Below the pieces are notes generated by a model. The model saw nothing but the letters and a program-made list of their open reading frames with translations. It ran no database searches and was not told where the DNA came from. From positions 32,001-96,000 of the forward strand of contig CAYPFW010000002.1 of the NCBI GenBank assembly GCA_964410585.1: a DNA stretch of 64,000 bases. Reading direction: 5' to 3'. Positions within the stretch are counted from its first letter, which is position 1. Each line of letters opens with the position of its first letter. Source of the stretch: an uncultured archaeon (GTDB lineage: Archaea > Aenigmatarchaeota > Aenigmatarchaeia > QMZP01 > JACQNV01). Below are positions 19,823-28,858 of the stretch, piece after piece. Both the position numbers and the translations under genes were made by a program.

Positions 19823-21196
19823 TTATGCAGCTGACTGAAGCAATTCTACAGGGCCCACTTTTTCAATGTACCTTCTAACCTCTCTAGCCTTTTCTTCTGT
19901 TGTAATAAACTCAAACGAAAATTGCTGTCTGAGTTTCCTATCTAATCTTGCCTTTAGTTCAGGGCTTACATCAGCATCAAAAACACCCTTGAATTCTGGT
20001 TCTCCTCCATTTGCTATTACTATTTGTGGATTTTGTAAAACTAGTCTATCTGTTTGTGGAGACGAAGTAATTACCAGTTCTTCAGGAGCCAAATCAAGTT
20101 CTGAACATAATCTTTTTTCAAGTGCTATTAATTTTTTCAGAGTTATTACCTTGTTTAATTCTGATATTTGTTCATCTGTTGCTTCAACAACAATAACATC
20201 TTTATGATCTGCCCTAACAAGCCACCCACAGTCTTTGTACCGAATAGATGCTGCAGAGAGTAGTTGACTTCTTTTTTCTCTGCTGTGAACGCTGTCCAAA
20301 AATCTACTTGCGACCTTATGATCTGATAGTGCTCTATCTAATTGACTGTCTACAAATCTATACCCTTCTCTAGGATCAAAACCATTCTTGCCAGAAGGAT
20401 CAAAACCATTGTCAATTGCATATGATATAGCCCTTATTAATTGGCCCTCAACAGCTTCAACATCTTTCCTCAAATAGATTCCTACATTATTGTTAGCCAA
20501 AGCTCCAAGGAAAGTTTCAAGAGCTTGTCTTCCAGGATGTTTTATAGCACTTCTTTTTCCATCAGAAAATAGATTAACTATAAGTTTTTCTAGATCTCCT
20601 TTTTCACCGTCTCCACAATAATATGCATCTCTCAGTGTGTAATCCCATTTGTCGAGTCTGTCTTTGTCTGTTATAAGTCTAGACAATGGAGATCTTGTTT
20701 CCATTGCTTCTGCCAAGTCATGAGCAGCGTGTCTTGATACAGTCTCACCAAAATATGTTGCAGCAGCTGCAGTGATAGCATCGCGCATTTCATTTCTTAT
20801 AACATCAATTCCGACTTGTTTGTGATTTGGCAATCCATATGCGTCTGCCACAATTTCGTATATGTGTGAATATGGTCCATGGCCTATGTCATGTAGAAGA
20901 GCTATTCCCAAAAGAAGGAATTTATCATAGTCATCAAGCTTCAAATCAGATCTTTGTATAACCTGCTGTGCTAAATCAAAAACCCCTAGGCAATGTTCGG
21001 ATCGTTTATGTGGAGCTGTTCCTGCAACTAGAGGTATTGGAGACAGTTGTCCTATTCCGTCTAATCTGTTGTATCTGGGGTGGTTTATTATGGGAGAAAA
21101 ATCAACATTCCTGCCTGTACCCAAATCTACGCTAAATGGAACATGCACAGATCCCCTATATGTGTATATACGCTCAGAGCCATTATGTGAAACCAT
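19823..21196 (-). CDS. HD-domain phosphohydrolase (SAMHD1/dNTPase-like, divergent)
   Basis: RLDGIGQL, HKRSEHCLGV, LLHDIGHGPYSH, DKWDYTLRD. Confidence 0.85.
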   Translation of the reverse strand: MVSHNGSERIYTYRGSVHVPFSVDLGTGRNVDFSPIINHPRYNRLDGIGQLSPIPLVAGTAPHKRSEHCLGVFDLAQQVIQRSDLKLDDYDKFLLLGIALLHDIGHGPYSHIYEIVADAYGLPNHKQVGIDVIRNEMRDAITAAAATYFGETVSRHAAHDLAEAMETRSPLSRLITDKDRLDKWDYTLRDAYYCGDGEKGDLEKLIVNLFSDGKRSAIKHPGRQALETFLGALANNNVGIYLRKDVEAVEGQLIRAISYAIDNGFDPSGKNGFDPREGYRFVDSQLDRALSDHKVASRFLDSVHSREKRSQLLSAASIRYKDCGWLVRADHKDVIVVEATDEQISELNKVITLKKLIALEKRLCSELDLAPEELVITSSPQTDRLVLQNPQIVIANGGEPEFKGVFDADVSPELKARLDRKLRQQFSFEFITTEEKAREVRRYIEKVGPVELLQSAA

Positions 21197-21278
21197 CTCT
21201 AAATTAGAAAGCAAAGTTTTTTATTCTCATCGAAGCTGGACAAAATCTTTAAAAATGGATTAGTTAATTAAAGGGAAT

Positions 21279-21989
21279 ATGGGCAAAATAATCAAGGAAA
21301 AAATTCCAATAAAATTGGTGAGGAATGATACTGAAGATACAAAAACTTTTAGGTTTGCTGTTCCAGCTGATTTTGATTTTGTGCCTGGCCAATTTGTCAT
21401 ACTTTCGCTTTGGCACAAAAAAGATGGAGTTGAAAAAGAAATAAAAAGATCATATTCAATTGCATCCTCCCCAACTGAAAAAGGTCACATTGACTTGACA
21501 ATAAAACTCTATCCAAACGGTGAGTTTTCCCCAAAAATATTTTCACTGAAAGAAGGCGACAGCTGTGGTGTACACGGTCCATTTGGTAAATTTATTTTAG
21601 ATGATTCAAGAACAAAAATGGCTTTTATAACAGCTGGTTCTGGAGTCACACCTTTCAGATCAATGATAAAATATTGCTTGGATAAAAGACTATCTGTTGA
21701 AATGGTGATGTTGTATTCTTCCAAAACACCAAAAGATATTATATACAAAGAAGAGTTTGATAGCTGGAAGAATCCAAACCTGAAAATTATTCACACAATC
21801 ACAAGGCCGGATGGAACAGGATGGAGTGGACAGACAGGAAGAATAAGCCCGGAATTGATTAGAAAATACATAGATGTTGAAAACTCTGATTTCTACCTTT
21901 GTGGGCCCGAAGAATTTTTGAATTCAATGATTGATATTTTGAAAACTCTTGGCGTGGAAAAGGAGAGGATAAAGAAGGAGCAATGGTGA
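21279..21989 (+). CDS. FAD/NAD(P)-binding ferredoxin-reductase family oxidoreductase
   Basis: RSYSIAS, GPFGKF, AGSGVTPF, YLCGP. Confidence 0.92.
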   Translation: MGKIIKEKIPIKLVRNDTEDTKTFRFAVPADFDFVPGQFVILSLWHKKDGVEKEIKRSYSIASSPTEKGHIDLTIKLYPNGEFSPKIFSLKEGDSCGVHGPFGKFILDDSRTKMAFITAGSGVTPFRSMIKYCLDKRLSVEMVMLYSSKTPKDIIYKEEFDSWKNPNLKIIHTITRPDGTGWSGQTGRISPELIRKYIDVENSDFYLCGPEEFLNSMIDILKTLGVEKERIKKEQW

Positions 21990-22105
21990 GCCCCTTTTTC
22001 TTTCAAAAAGAAAAAGGCCCTCGGGTTCAAAAAAAAACGATATACAAATCCAAAAACGTAGGCTAAAATTTTCTTCGCCTCGGCTCGAAAATTTTTACGC
22101 CTTTC
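21990..22105. repeat. Hairpin mosaic: module A (+) and module B (-)
   Basis: CCTTTTTCTTT-CAA-AAAGAAAAAGG..AAACGATATACAA; reverse-strand GAAAGGCGTA-AAAATTTTC-GA-GCCGAGGC-GAA-GAAAATTTT-AGCC. Confidence 0.75.
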
Positions 22106-22179
22106 AAAACACCAAATACAAAGCACTAATAAACCTTTTTATACCCAGTTTCTCCATATTTCTGATAGAGTTGGTTAAT

Positions 22180-22356
22180 ATGCCAAAGCAAATGTTTCCA
22201 GAAGTTGCAGCAAGGATGTTCCACAGAGTTTTTATTTGTAGAAAATGTGGTGGAAAAATCAGGGCTGATCTTCTAAAAGTAAAGGCTGGAAAAATCAAGT
22301 GTAGGACTTGCAAGAGCAAAAAATTAAGACAAAAACACAAAGACTTGAAAGCCTAA
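22180..22356 (+). CDS. rpl40e: 50S ribosomal protein L40e
   Basis: FPEVAARM..ICRKC..KCRTCKSKKLR. Confidence 0.88.
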   Translation: MPKQMFPEVAARMFHRVFICRKCGGKIRADLLKVKAGKIKCRTCKSKKLRQKHKDLKA

Positions 22357-22421
22357 TTGAATTTTTTTAAATTATTTCTAAAAATCTAAATCTTTATAAA
22401 CTAAGAAATCTTCTAAATAAT

Positions 22422-22724
22422 ATGGTTGAAAGACAATACCAATATGTTTCTAATCGTTCAATGAAGAACCAAAAAGGAGAAGAAACAGGACGACTTCAGG
22501 TTCTTGTGAAAGTTAATTCTACAGTAGCTGATGTAAAATACAAATGTCCTGAGTGTGTGCACGAAGAGCAAATGCAGCAAGAGTGGAAAAAACCCTTTAA
22601 TGTTAAATGTTCAAAATGCGGCAACCTTATGCGGTTGGCAAAACTTTTAGCTCAATTTAAAAAAGAGAAAAAAGCTGAAAAGGAAAAGCTTAGGGGAGCT
22701 GTTCCAGAAAAAGGAGACGACTAA
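22422..22724 (+). CDS. Zinc-ribbon protein
   Basis: YKCPEC..VKCSKCG. Confidence 0.8.
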   Translation: MVERQYQYVSNRSMKNQKGEETGRLQVLVKVNSTVADVKYKCPECVHEEQMQQEWKKPFNVKCSKCGNLMRLAKLLAQFKKEKKAEKEKLRGAVPEKGDD

Positions 22725-23482
22725 TGAAGCTTGCTATAATTGGTTCTAATGGTTTGGATGAGGTTGCAAATGAGAACTCTCTTCCAATTAAATTAAAAGC
22801 TAAATATAAATCAAAAGGCTCTAAAGTGGAAAAAACATTCACTGCATATGATGTTAACTTAAGCAACGGTCACATTTTATACATAAACAGAGATGTAGTA
22901 GGCATGTATGAGGGCAAGTCCTACTTCTATCCAAGTGAAATAGACTACAAAACAATTTTTGTTGCACTAAAGCAGGCAGGAATAAAAAATGTTTTGTCTC
23001 TATCGCCAGCAGGTAGTTTAGAAGAATCTTGGAAACCATCTAGCGCTGTTCTAGTAAGGGATTTTGTAGATTTTGTAAATAGAGATATAACCTTAGATGA
23101 TATTGGTGCTGACTACGTTGACATGTTAGAGCCATTCAACAATGATTTGAGCAACAAAATCCTCGAAGAAGCGAAAAAAATGAGTTTCCAAATTTTTGAT
23201 AAGGGTATATATTTAATGGGGATAAATGGTGTCAGGTTTGAAACAAATTCTGAAATAAATCTTTTCAAAAGAATTTCAAAAGAGAGTACACTGGTTGGAA
23301 TGATAACACCAACAGAGGCTCAGTTGTGCAGGCTATTGGATATAAATTATTCAAATATTTCATTTGTAGTAAACAGCTTTTTCTCCCAGAAAAAAGTCAA
23401 GCAAAAAGATGCAGAGGATTCAATAAAAAAGAATCTTCCTAAAATTTTAAAACTTGCTAATTCCATTCTTCCTTCTTTGTGA
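22724..23482 (+). CDS. MTAP/purine nucleoside phosphorylase family protein (divergent)
   Basis: LAIIGSNG, AGSL, DFVDF, GVRFETNSE, VGM..PTEA. Confidence 0.8.
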   Translation: MKLAIIGSNGLDEVANENSLPIKLKAKYKSKGSKVEKTFTAYDVNLSNGHILYINRDVVGMYEGKSYFYPSEIDYKTIFVALKQAGIKNVLSLSPAGSLEESWKPSSAVLVRDFVDFVNRDITLDDIGADYVDMLEPFNNDLSNKILEEAKKMSFQIFDKGIYLMGINGVRFETNSEINLFKRISKESTLVGMITPTEAQLCRLLDINYSNISFVVNSFFSQKKVKQKDAEDSIKKNLPKILKLANSILPSL

Positions 23483-23483
23483 T

Positions 23484-24254
23484 ATGCTGAAAGATAAGAA
23501 TATTGTTATCACCGGAGCTTCTTCTGGAATAGGTAAGGCCATAGCTTATGATTGTGCAAAAAATGGTGCAAATTTAGTTCTGATTTCTAGAAACAGTAAA
23601 AATCTAAATCGTTTGGCTTCACAACTAGAAAAATACAAAATAAAGATATTGAGTATCCCAATTGATGTATCTGATAAAAAACAGGTTGTACTTGCAGCAA
23701 AGAAAATTTTACAAGTTTTCAATCACATTGATGTTTTAGTGAACAACGCTGGTATAGGTGTGTATGGAAAGTTTTCAGAAAAATCTCTAGAAGATATAGA
23801 AAAAGTGATTAAAACAAATCTTTTAGGAACAATTTACATGACAAAAAGCATTCTACCTTCTATGATGAGGCATATGCAAGGTCATATAGTAAACATTGGA
23901 TCTGTTTTGAGCAAAATTGGTTTGAGAGGAATGGCAGATTACTCTGCGAGTAAGTTTGCTGTTGCTGGTTTTTCAGAAAGCCTATATCATGAACTGAAGC
24001 CTTTGGGAATAAGTGTATCTGTTGTCTACCCAGGCTATGTTAAAACCAACTTCCACAAAAACGCCTCTTTCAAAAATGCTAGGACATCTTCGCCTGTCAA
24101 AGGCATAGAGCCAGAAGAAGTTTCTTCAGTTGTTATGAAAGCGCTTAGAGAAAAGAGATTTGAGTATTTTGTCCCTGGGTTTTATGGGCCATTGATGAAA
24201 GCCAAAAGCCTGCTTCCTGGAACATTTAGAAAACTGCAGCAAAGGCGAAAGTAG
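23484..24254 (+). CDS. Short-chain dehydrogenase/reductase
   Basis: TGASSGIG, NNAG, YSASK. Confidence 0.94.
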   Translation: MLKDKNIVITGASSGIGKAIAYDCAKNGANLVLISRNSKNLNRLASQLEKYKIKILSIPIDVSDKKQVVLAAKKILQVFNHIDVLVNNAGIGVYGKFSEKSLEDIEKVIKTNLLGTIYMTKSILPSMMRHMQGHIVNIGSVLSKIGLRGMADYSASKFAVAGFSESLYHELKPLGISVSVVYPGYVKTNFHKNASFKNARTSSPVKGIEPEEVSSVVMKALREKRFEYFVPGFYGPLMKAKSLLPGTFRKLQQRRK

Positions 24255-24282
24255 GTTTTTATTCAAGATAGACAATATATTG

Positions 24283-24580
24283 TATGGAAGCTCTAAGAGC
24301 TTCTTGAGGTTGGTCGTGGAAGGCTTAAGTGGAAGCCGTAATTTTTTGCGAATCGCAATGAAGCAAAAAATAGGCTCCTGTTTTGCTTAAGTCAGCATCT
24401 CACTATGTGATGATGCTGAGATGTCGTGTGCTTGCACATCGTAATTGGAAGCTGGTTTCAGAGACCAGCTTCGGTATCCGCCTGTGAGCACATCTTGAGT
24501 GAGACAAGCTCACTCAATCTCGTGCCCTGTTAACCGCTATATGGTTAATTGGAGACACGACTTTTAGGATAAAAGCTTAT
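24283..24580 (+). repeat. Long mosaic of hairpin modules (B, D, C, E, F)
   Basis: GGAAGCCGTA..TAGGCTCC (24331-24378); GCATC..GATGATGC; TGGAA-GCTGGTTTC/GAGACCAGC-TTCGGTATCCG; GTTAATTGGAGACACGA; CTTTT..AAAAG. Confidence 0.78.
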
Positions 24581-24736
24581 ATGGAAGCACCTGCAGCAAT
24601 GACTTGGATGGTTATAGGATTGATTTTGGCTGTTTTAGTTGTTGTTTTGATTTTCACTGCTGGAGGAGGCTTGACAAAAGATATTCTAGCAGGATCTCAA
24701 AATACAGTTTGTAACTTGCCTTTCTTGAAGTGTTGA
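24581..24736 (+). CDS. Small single-TM pilin-like peptide (51 aa; not in the ORF track)
   Basis: MEAPAAMTWMVIGLILAVLVVVLIF..VCNLPFLKC; tight operon spacing. Confidence 0.65.
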   Translation: MEAPAAMTWMVIGLILAVLVVVLIFTAGGGLTKDILAGSQNTVCNLPFLKC

Positions 24737-24737
24737 T

Positions 24738-24872
24738 ATGCACTTTACACTTGAAACAATTGTGAAAATTATTTTAATTTTTCTAGTCCTAATAGGCCTT
24801 GTTTTGTTGCTAAACACTATAAGTGGAGGATCACTAAATATATTAGATAAGTTAATGGCTTTGGGAAGGTAA
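24738..24872 (+). CDS. Small single-TM pilin-like peptide (44 aa; not in the ORF track)
   Basis: MHFTLETIVKIILIFLVLIGLVLLL..; starts 1 nt after previous stop. Confidence 0.65.
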   Translation: MHFTLETIVKIILIFLVLIGLVLLLNTISGGSLNILDKLMALGR

Positions 24873-24874
24873 AT

Positions 24875-25024
24875 ATGGAAACACCAATAAAAATAGTCAT
24901 CCTCGCAATTGTGATTTTGATAATCTTGGCTATTTCAGTTATGTTTATAACAAACTTAGGAAAGTCAGGGGAGGATACATTGTCCTTCTTCTATAAATGG
25001 CTTTCTGGAAGTGTGAGATTCTAA
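24875..25024 (+). CDS. Small single-TM pilin-like peptide (49 aa; not in the ORF track)
   Basis: METPIKIVILAIVILIILAISVMFI..; starts 2 nt after previous stop. Confidence 0.65.
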   Translation: METPIKIVILAIVILIILAISVMFITNLGKSGEDTLSFFYKWLSGSVRF

Positions 25025-25135
25025 CCTAAATCAATCTCAAGATGTGGGTTGTAAGTTGATTAAGTGCTGTAAAACGGTGAGGATTTCTTAGTTGTTTTAA
25101 ACTAATTTATAAGGGGGTTCAAACAATAATCTACT

Positions 25136-25378
25136 ATGAAAGGTTTATCAGAAACAATGGTGATTATCATCACAGTTGTTGTTATTCTAGTTGCTGCTTT
25201 GGTCTTGCTTTCAATATTCAGTGGCACAATTGGACCAATTGGCCCTCAAGTTGATTGCCAAAGAGATTGTAGCTTTGCCAAATTGCAATGTAAAGCTGGA
25301 TCTACAGGAACAGCTCCTGGATGGACATCTGAAATGCAGAGCAAGTGTCCGAACTTACAGTGTACTTGTGGGGCTTAG
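25136..25378 (+). CDS. Type IV pilin-like protein (class III signal)
   Basis: MKG/LSETMVIIITVVVILV; Cys-rich head. Confidence 0.8.
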   Translation: MKGLSETMVIIITVVVILVAALVLLSIFSGTIGPIGPQVDCQRDCSFAKLQCKAGSTGTAPGWTSEMQSKCPNLQCTCGA

Positions 25379-25555
25379 TTCTTTTTGGTTTTTAGGCATT
25401 TTCTAAATTTAGTTTTAGCTCTGCCAAGAACCAATATACCCAAAATTCTATCTAATTAAATAACCAGAAAGGACAATATATTGAATAGATACATCCTTTT
25501 AGGTTTTCAATTATACTAAACGAAAGTTCCAAAAGATGTGTCAGCACTATACTTT

Positions 25556-26185
25556 ATGAAAGGCACAGCCGGTATACCTTCATACATGATTCTGATAATA
25601 GGGTCAATTGCATTTGGGCTTCTTGTACTTTGGCAGGGTTATCTTTTTACTGTCGGTAGTCTTCATGGATTATGTTGGCAAAGTACTTTAGAGGGACTTC
25701 AAAAAATACAAGGTGAAGCATCTTCTCTTGAAATTGGTCAGTCAAGAAATGTTTTTGTAGAATTTGGTGATTGTACAGATGCTGTTATTATAATGAATAG
25801 GGAGCAATTTGAGACAACACTGGTTCAAATTGGAGGAAGTGCAGACACTAAATTTTCATGTCTTGAAGGCGTAAAGACTACCTTAGCGGCTGTTAAAAAA
25901 GTAGAAGATTCACCTTCATGGGTTGATTTAACAAAAGCTTTGGCACAGTCAGATAGGAAGACAATAGAGCAGTGGACAAGGGCTTATGCGGGCCTTGACA
26001 AAGCAACACACTGTACTCAATTAAAGTGTGCAAACTGTACATTAACTGGAAAAGGCTTGACTCTGCAGATATCATCAAAGTCAGACAAGTATTGTTTCAA
26101 CATCAAAAGAGAATCCAAATTAGAGTACACAGTAAGAGCAGATACTGTTGAAAAAGAAGACAGGTGCCTAATAGATGCCTCATAA
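25556..26185 (+). CDS. Pilin-like protein (class III signal)
   Basis: MKG/TAGIP followed by a hydrophobic helix. Confidence 0.72.
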   Translation: MKGTAGIPSYMILIIGSIAFGLLVLWQGYLFTVGSLHGLCWQSTLEGLQKIQGEASSLEIGQSRNVFVEFGDCTDAVIIMNREQFETTLVQIGGSADTKFSCLEGVKTTLAAVKKVEDSPSWVDLTKALAQSDRKTIEQWTRAYAGLDKATHCTQLKCANCTLTGKGLTLQISSKSDKYCFNIKRESKLEYTVRADTVEKEDRCLIDAS

Positions 26186-26192
26186 GCAATAT

Positions 26193-26591
26193 ATGAAAGG
26201 ATTTGCATTAACCGAGTATATACTAACAATAGGCTTGCTTATTGTAGAAGTAATTCTTTTGTCAATGTTCACAGTTAACTTTTTAATTCCTGGGATAAAT
26301 GCAGCTGAGGTCATAGAATCTGTTTCTTTGGGAAATTCAATTGCAACAACAGCAAATGCGCTCTCTGTTCAAGATGAAGGTGAAATAAAACTGACATTTT
26401 CCCGAGATTTTCTAATAACAGCAGGAATAGAAAACAAGAAAAACTACATTTTGGTCACTGGATCTGGAGAAGACAAAAATGAAAACAAAGTTTTCCTTGA
26501 AGCAAAGCTAAAAAACCTGATACAAAAAAATACAAAAACACTGACACTTAGGAAAACAGGCGGAAGCGATTTGGTAGAGGTGCTTGCATGA
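26193..26591 (+). CDS. Pilin-like protein (class III signal)
   Basis: MKG/FALTEYILTIGLL (Glu at +5). Confidence 0.78.
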   Translation: MKGFALTEYILTIGLLIVEVILLSMFTVNFLIPGINAAEVIESVSLGNSIATTANALSVQDEGEIKLTFSRDFLITAGIENKKNYILVTGSGEDKNENKVFLEAKLKNLIQKNTKTLTLRKTGGSDLVEVLA

Positions 26592-26962
26592 AAGGGTCTG
26601 TTGACATTTTCCAAACAATGATTGCTGCAGCTATAGTAGCAGTTGGTTTTGTGATTGTGATAATGTTTATAGGAGAGGTCACAGTCTTCAATGCAGAGGT
26701 AACAAAGCCGTCAATAGAAACAGTGCAGCTCATAGACAAAACACACCAAGTAGAAAACTGCCTAAATGAGCCGAGTGTTAATGAGCTTCAAACAAAACTA
26801 AAGGAGTGCAAATTGGATTCTGAGTATGTTGAGCTTTCAGATTTGTCAGGAAAGGTTTGGAAAGAAGGCCAAAAATCAGAGGGGCAAAGAGAGCACACAA
26901 TTTGGATTAATATAAAAAATGGAGGCGCCGTTGAGATGGCAAGATTGTATGTCAAAGTTTAA
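26588..26962 (+). CDS. Pilin-like protein (class III signal)
   Basis: MKG/SVDIFQ followed by a hydrophobic helix. Confidence 0.75.
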   Translation: MKGSVDIFQTMIAAAIVAVGFVIVIMFIGEVTVFNAEVTKPSIETVQLIDKTHQVENCLNEPSVNELQTKLKECKLDSEYVELSDLSGKVWKEGQKSEGQREHTIWINIKNGGAVEMARLYVKV

Positions 26963-27362
26963 AGGCGGTTTTGTCACAACTGTATCAATTTTCTTTTTCC
27001 TAGTTTTTGGATTAATGTTGTTTATTGGAATAAAGGGCGTGCTCGCACAGTTCATAATATCTGCGCAAACTGATTTTAAAATAACTCTAAAAGCAGATGA
27101 TAGAGGGACACAAATTCTCTCTTTTTTGAATTCAGAAAGAAGTGGAGTGAAAAATATTGAAATTCTTGGCTATTTTGATACACCTAATTCAGATTTATCA
27201 GGGGTTGAAAAAGGCTTGGAAAAAATAAGGTCAGTTGAGGGAAAAAATTTCACTCTAAATGTTGTGAACAAAAAATCCTTTGGGGAGGGAACAGGAGAAA
27301 AGGCCTATGTTGATATTCCTTTGCCTGGAGGAAAAATTGGAGGGATAGAACTGATTTCATGA
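26949..27362 (+). CDS. Pilin-like protein (class III signal)
   Basis: MSKFKG/GFVTT followed by a hydrophobic helix. Confidence 0.72.
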   Translation: MSKFKGGFVTTVSIFFFLVFGLMLFIGIKGVLAQFIISAQTDFKITLKADDRGTQILSFLNSERSGVKNIEILGYFDTPNSDLSGVEKGLEKIRSVEGKNFTLNVVNKKSFGEGTGEKAYVDIPLPGGKIGGIELIS

Positions 27363-28396
27363 AAGGGTTTACAGAGGCCTTGCCTCTTGTGTTTTGTGTA
27401 GCAATTGCAATAGCAGCTGTATATACATATGGGCTAGCTGTTGGGGTGAATGATAATGTTGTCAAAAAACCAATAGCAATTGAAAAGGATATATATCTTC
27501 TTGGAAACTCTTTGGAATATTCTAAGCTTTTCCTTGATACGGCCTTAAAATATTCGACATACCAAGCCCTTTACGATCCTTTGGAGTCAACTTTGCCGAC
27601 AAAGGAGGAATTCCAAACCATTCTTTCTGAAAAAATAAACCAAAACCTAAACAAGTATACTGAAAAGAACATTGTTTTCTTCGACAAAAGCCATGAGGTT
27701 GATTTGCCAAAATATGATAAGACAGAAGTTGTTTTGGAAAACCAGACATTTAAAATAAAATCAAGAGGAGAGAAAATTAAGGTTTCACAGGATGCACCAA
27801 CTGAAAAAATCAGCCTTGGAAAAGACAGTTCAGTTGGGTTTGAATTGAAATACGCTCTGTTTGATGAGGCTCAGAATTTTGTAAAACAAAAAACACTGGA
27901 AAGCGAATTAACAAGTTTGATCAATACATTCCCAGCAACAGGAGAAATGAAATTATCTGGTTGTGAAAACAGGGAAAAGGAAACCGAGGATTTTGATGTG
28001 TTTAATTCTGTATATGGATCTGAATATGCTTCGCTTGCAGATGCTGAATCAGGAGTTTTGGCAAAGCTAACAGAAGAGGCAAGTAAGCTGATTTCAAAAC
28101 AATCAACAAACACAACAAAGTGGGAGTTTTTTGTTTTAGGTAAACCAACAAAAAGCATAATAGCAAATTGTCAAACAAAAAAAGACGATATGTGTGAAAA
28201 CAATCAATCCTATTCATATACTAAGACATGCGGTTTTGAATATTCTTACCAAATAAACTCTTCAATACAACTCACAGATTTGACAAACAAATATCCTGTT
28301 GAAAGTGGCACGCTTTTGGATAAAAAAGTATCGCTGGAAAATCTTAGACTAAATTTTATAGAGGTTTTGGACTTGAAATCAAATTCAGTTATTTAA
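27359..28396 (+). CDS. Large pilin-like/adhesin protein (class III signal)
   Basis: MKG/FTEALPLV followed by a hydrophobic helix and large soluble domain. Confidence 0.72.
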   Translation: MKGFTEALPLVFCVAIAIAAVYTYGLAVGVNDNVVKKPIAIEKDIYLLGNSLEYSKLFLDTALKYSTYQALYDPLESTLPTKEEFQTILSEKINQNLNKYTEKNIVFFDKSHEVDLPKYDKTEVVLENQTFKIKSRGEKIKVSQDAPTEKISLGKDSSVGFELKYALFDEAQNFVKQKTLESELTSLINTFPATGEMKLSGCENREKETEDFDVFNSVYGSEYASLADAESGVLAKLTEEASKLISKQSTNTTKWEFFVLGKPTKSIIANCQTKKDDMCENNQSYSYTKTCGFEYSYQINSSIQLTDLTNKYPVESGTLLDKKVSLENLRLNFIEVLDLKSNSVI

Positions 28397-28430
28397 GTTG
28401 TAATGCTCAGTATTTCAAAGAGGTTATGTT

Positions 28431-28724
28431 ATGGCAGAAGAACAGAAAAAATCAAAGGCACCAGACGACACAATACTTGTAGGACAAAAACCAACAATGG
28501 CTTATGTGCTTGCAATAATAACCCAATTTTCAGAAGGGATACCAACAGTGCATGTGAAAGCAAGAGGACGAGTTATTTCAAAAGCAGTTGACGTGGCCGA
28601 AGTTATCAGGAACAAATTCATGAAGGATCTGAAATACACAGTAACTATAGGCACAGAAAAAATACAAGGCGAAGAAGGCGGCAAGTTCAATGTATCCACA
28701 ATTGACATTGTCTTAACAAAGTAG
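28431..28724 (+). CDS. albA: DNA/RNA-binding protein Alba
   Basis: ILVGQKPTMAYVLA, KARGRVISKAVDVAE, NVSTIDIVL. Confidence 0.96.
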   Translation: MAEEQKKSKAPDDTILVGQKPTMAYVLAIITQFSEGIPTVHVKARGRVISKAVDVAEVIRNKFMKDLKYTVTIGTEKIQGEEGGKFNVSTIDIVLTK

Positions 28725-28743
28725 TTTTATGAAATTTGCATAC

Positions 28744-28857
28744 ACCTAATTCCTTTCTTTAGAAAAGAAAGGTCTTAGGGAACTCCAAAGAAACTATTAT
28801 AGAGAATAAAAACCTAAGGCTCACCAAAAAGAAAACAATTACAAAATAGAAAAAATC
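28744..28857 (+). repeat. Module A insert between duplicated speB start sequences
   Basis: CCTTTCTTT-AGA-AAAGAAAGG..CCAAAGAAACTA; flanks TATGAAATTTGCATAC (28728) and TATGAAATTCGCATAC (28858). Confidence 0.72.
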
Positions 28858-28858
28858 T

